Assembly (NCBI RefSeq): GCF_001194135.2
Contig: NC_068986.1
Coordinates: forward strand, 111,709,301 to 111,773,300
Source of the DNA: Octopus bimaculoides
Taxonomy: Eukaryota
Direction of reading: 5' to 3'
Length of the DNA: 64,000 nucleotides
In this document: in pieces, positions 61,986 through 64,000 of the stretch
Layout: every line of letters starts with the position of its first letter
Numbering within the stretch: the first letter of the stretch is position 1
Notes under the pieces: generated by a model
Database searches by the model: none
Told to the model about the DNA's origin: nothing
Seen by the model: the letters and a program-made list of their open reading frames with translations, nothing else
Program-made: the position numbers and the translations under genes

Positions 61986-64000
61986 TCAAAATAAAAGTAA
62001 TACGAACGCCTTTGATCCATTATTCTCCCGAAGACAAAACCTGTGACTAAAAAACAACAACAATATCGAACAGTCTCTTCTTTAGATATCATTTCAGTTT
62101 GCATCAGTCACCGTTGGGGAATATCTTTTCAGTTATTCCCTTGAATATATCGAACTGCAAACTACGATGCAAAAGAAATCTATCTTGTACAGAGACAAGG
62201 CGAACGCTGTCCCATTGGATTTAAATTCATACACCACGGACTGGTAATACAATTTTAGCTGTCAGCTCGATATTTTGCTCCTACAAAAGTAATGTAGAAA
62301 TTATTGATTTGTAATTAAATTTTAATGAAACCGTTTTCAAAAAACGTTATCATTGTGCTTCGTATAATTACATACGAACATATAAATACCTGCGTTCACA
62401 CAAAGACAGACATTCGCATATATTCACATTAATATATGTGTCCGTATATGTACGTATAAATGCAACCATACATNNNNNNNNNNNNNNNNNNNNNNNNNNN
62501 NNNNNNNNNNNNNNNNNNNNNNNNNNNNNNNNNNNNNNNNNNNNNNNNNNNNNNNNNNNNNNNNNNNNNNNNNNNNNNNNNNNNNNNNNNNNNNNNNNNN
62601 NNNNNNNNNNNNNNNNNNNNNNNNNNNNNNNNNNNNNNNNNNNNNNNNNNNNNNNNNNNNNNNNNNNNNNNNNNNNNNNNNNNNNNNNNNNNNNNNNNNN
62701 NNNNNNNNNNNNNNNNNNNNNNNNNNNNNNNNNNNNNNNNNNNNNNNNNNNNNNNNNNNNNNNNNNNNNNNNNNNNNNNNNNNNNNNNNNNNNNNNNNNN
62801 NNNNNNNNNNNNNNNNNNNNNNNNNNNNNNNNNNNNNNNNNNNNNNNNNNNNNNNNNNNNNNNNNNNNNNNNNNNNNNNNNNNNNNNNNNNNNNNNNNNN
62901 NNNNNNNNNNNNNNNNNNNNNNNNNNATATATATATACATACACATACACAATTATATATATTATTTACAGACACATAAACACACTACACACGCACACAT
63001 CTATATATACATTAAACGTAATCTTAATTGTAAATATTAACTAGCGTCAAGACGGACTTTCTGATAAAGAAATAAAAACAGATTTTTGAATATATGACGC
63101 GAAGAAATTGAAAGCAAGAACAAAAGCACAAGGAAAAGAAAGCAAAAAACAAAAGGAAAAAGAAGCAATGATATTTAATTTAACCAAAAAATATATTGGT
63201 TAATATGAACAAATGTTAAATGAATAAAAATATTTAAAAAATGAATTGACTCGCAAAATATATATAAATTCTGTGAAAAATAACATCGAAAAATATGTCT
63301 GAGTAAAGCTTTCTTAATGGATCGCAAACACAAAGATTTGCAAATCCGATTATTGTTTAGAAATGATGAAGTGAAGAAGGAAGAGAATGAAGAATATAAT
63401 TGATTAGAAGAATGAAAATAAGACAGAATGCTGTAATGCGAGGAAATTAGGAATGAGAAATGAAGGGGTGTATTAGGGAAACACGGAGGAAAAAAAGAGG
63501 TGAAATACATAAGAGTCGATAAGAAAAGAATATGAATGACAGAGAAATCGACCATCAACATGAATGATGATGGCAAGAATATATTTCAAATATGACACTC
63601 GTATGATTGTATGGAAACGTGGATATGTTAAGTTTGTATGATAACTTGCAGGACGTTATGCGAACGTTCTGCAATTCCACAACTACAAGTGTGGAATGGC
63701 AGAAGTGGAAAGACAGTGGCGGTCATGAATTTCTTAATGTAGCTACCATTTCTAACTATCCTCGTTTCATCATCTAAAGATCTCATGCAGCTAGTATTAA
63801 GATACTAGGGGCAGACAGTTAAATTCAAGTTACTGGCCATTACGTCATTATTGACAAACATGAATACTCATATAGATTCATGAAAATATGGATGCATTCA
63901 TATTTGCATACAGAGTACGATACGTATACATTTAAGAATACATAGGGTTTTTATGTCATTGATGTCATTTTTTCAATGCATATATATATATATATATATA

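Noticed and set aside
61706-62104. 132-aa minus-strand ORF
   Set aside because: No family motif or splice context. It overlaps the better-supported plus-strand exon candidate on the opposite strand.

Overview
AT-rich, gap-riddled animal genomic DNA. It has 16 N-runs, most abutting (TA)n/(CA)n/(GA)n microsatellites. The SINE families and microsatellite density look like a coleoid cephalopod (Octopus-type) draft assembly; this is an inference from recall and was not database-checked. No prokaryotic features, rRNA, true tRNA or CRISPR were found, and no host protein of known family could be recognised with confidence. The window is dominated by repeats: many tRNA-derived SINE copies, a 5'-truncated L1/Tx1-type LINE, four R4/Dong-type LINE fragments clustered at (TAA)n tracts, several decayed Tc1/mariner elements, and Penelope-like (PLE) remnants. 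Best observations: (1) a structurally near-complete type I hammerhead ribozyme on the minus strand at 7687-7749, just downstream of a PLE GIY-YIG ORF; a second hammerhead-like motif with an expanded stem II (55001-55083) and several relics also occur. (2) A ~213-bp fold-back palindrome at 519-731. (3) Two head-to-head SINE pairs, one forming a 34/35-bp hairpin. (4) A phase-consistent chain of candidate exons at 58.1-62.0 kb that may be an unrecognised host gene. (5) A 78-bp indel-free local duplication, and adjacent perfect 14-bp and 15-bp tandem arrays carrying AGGTCA and forkhead-like motifs. Almost all long ORFs in the supplied track are artefacts of gaps and microsatellites.
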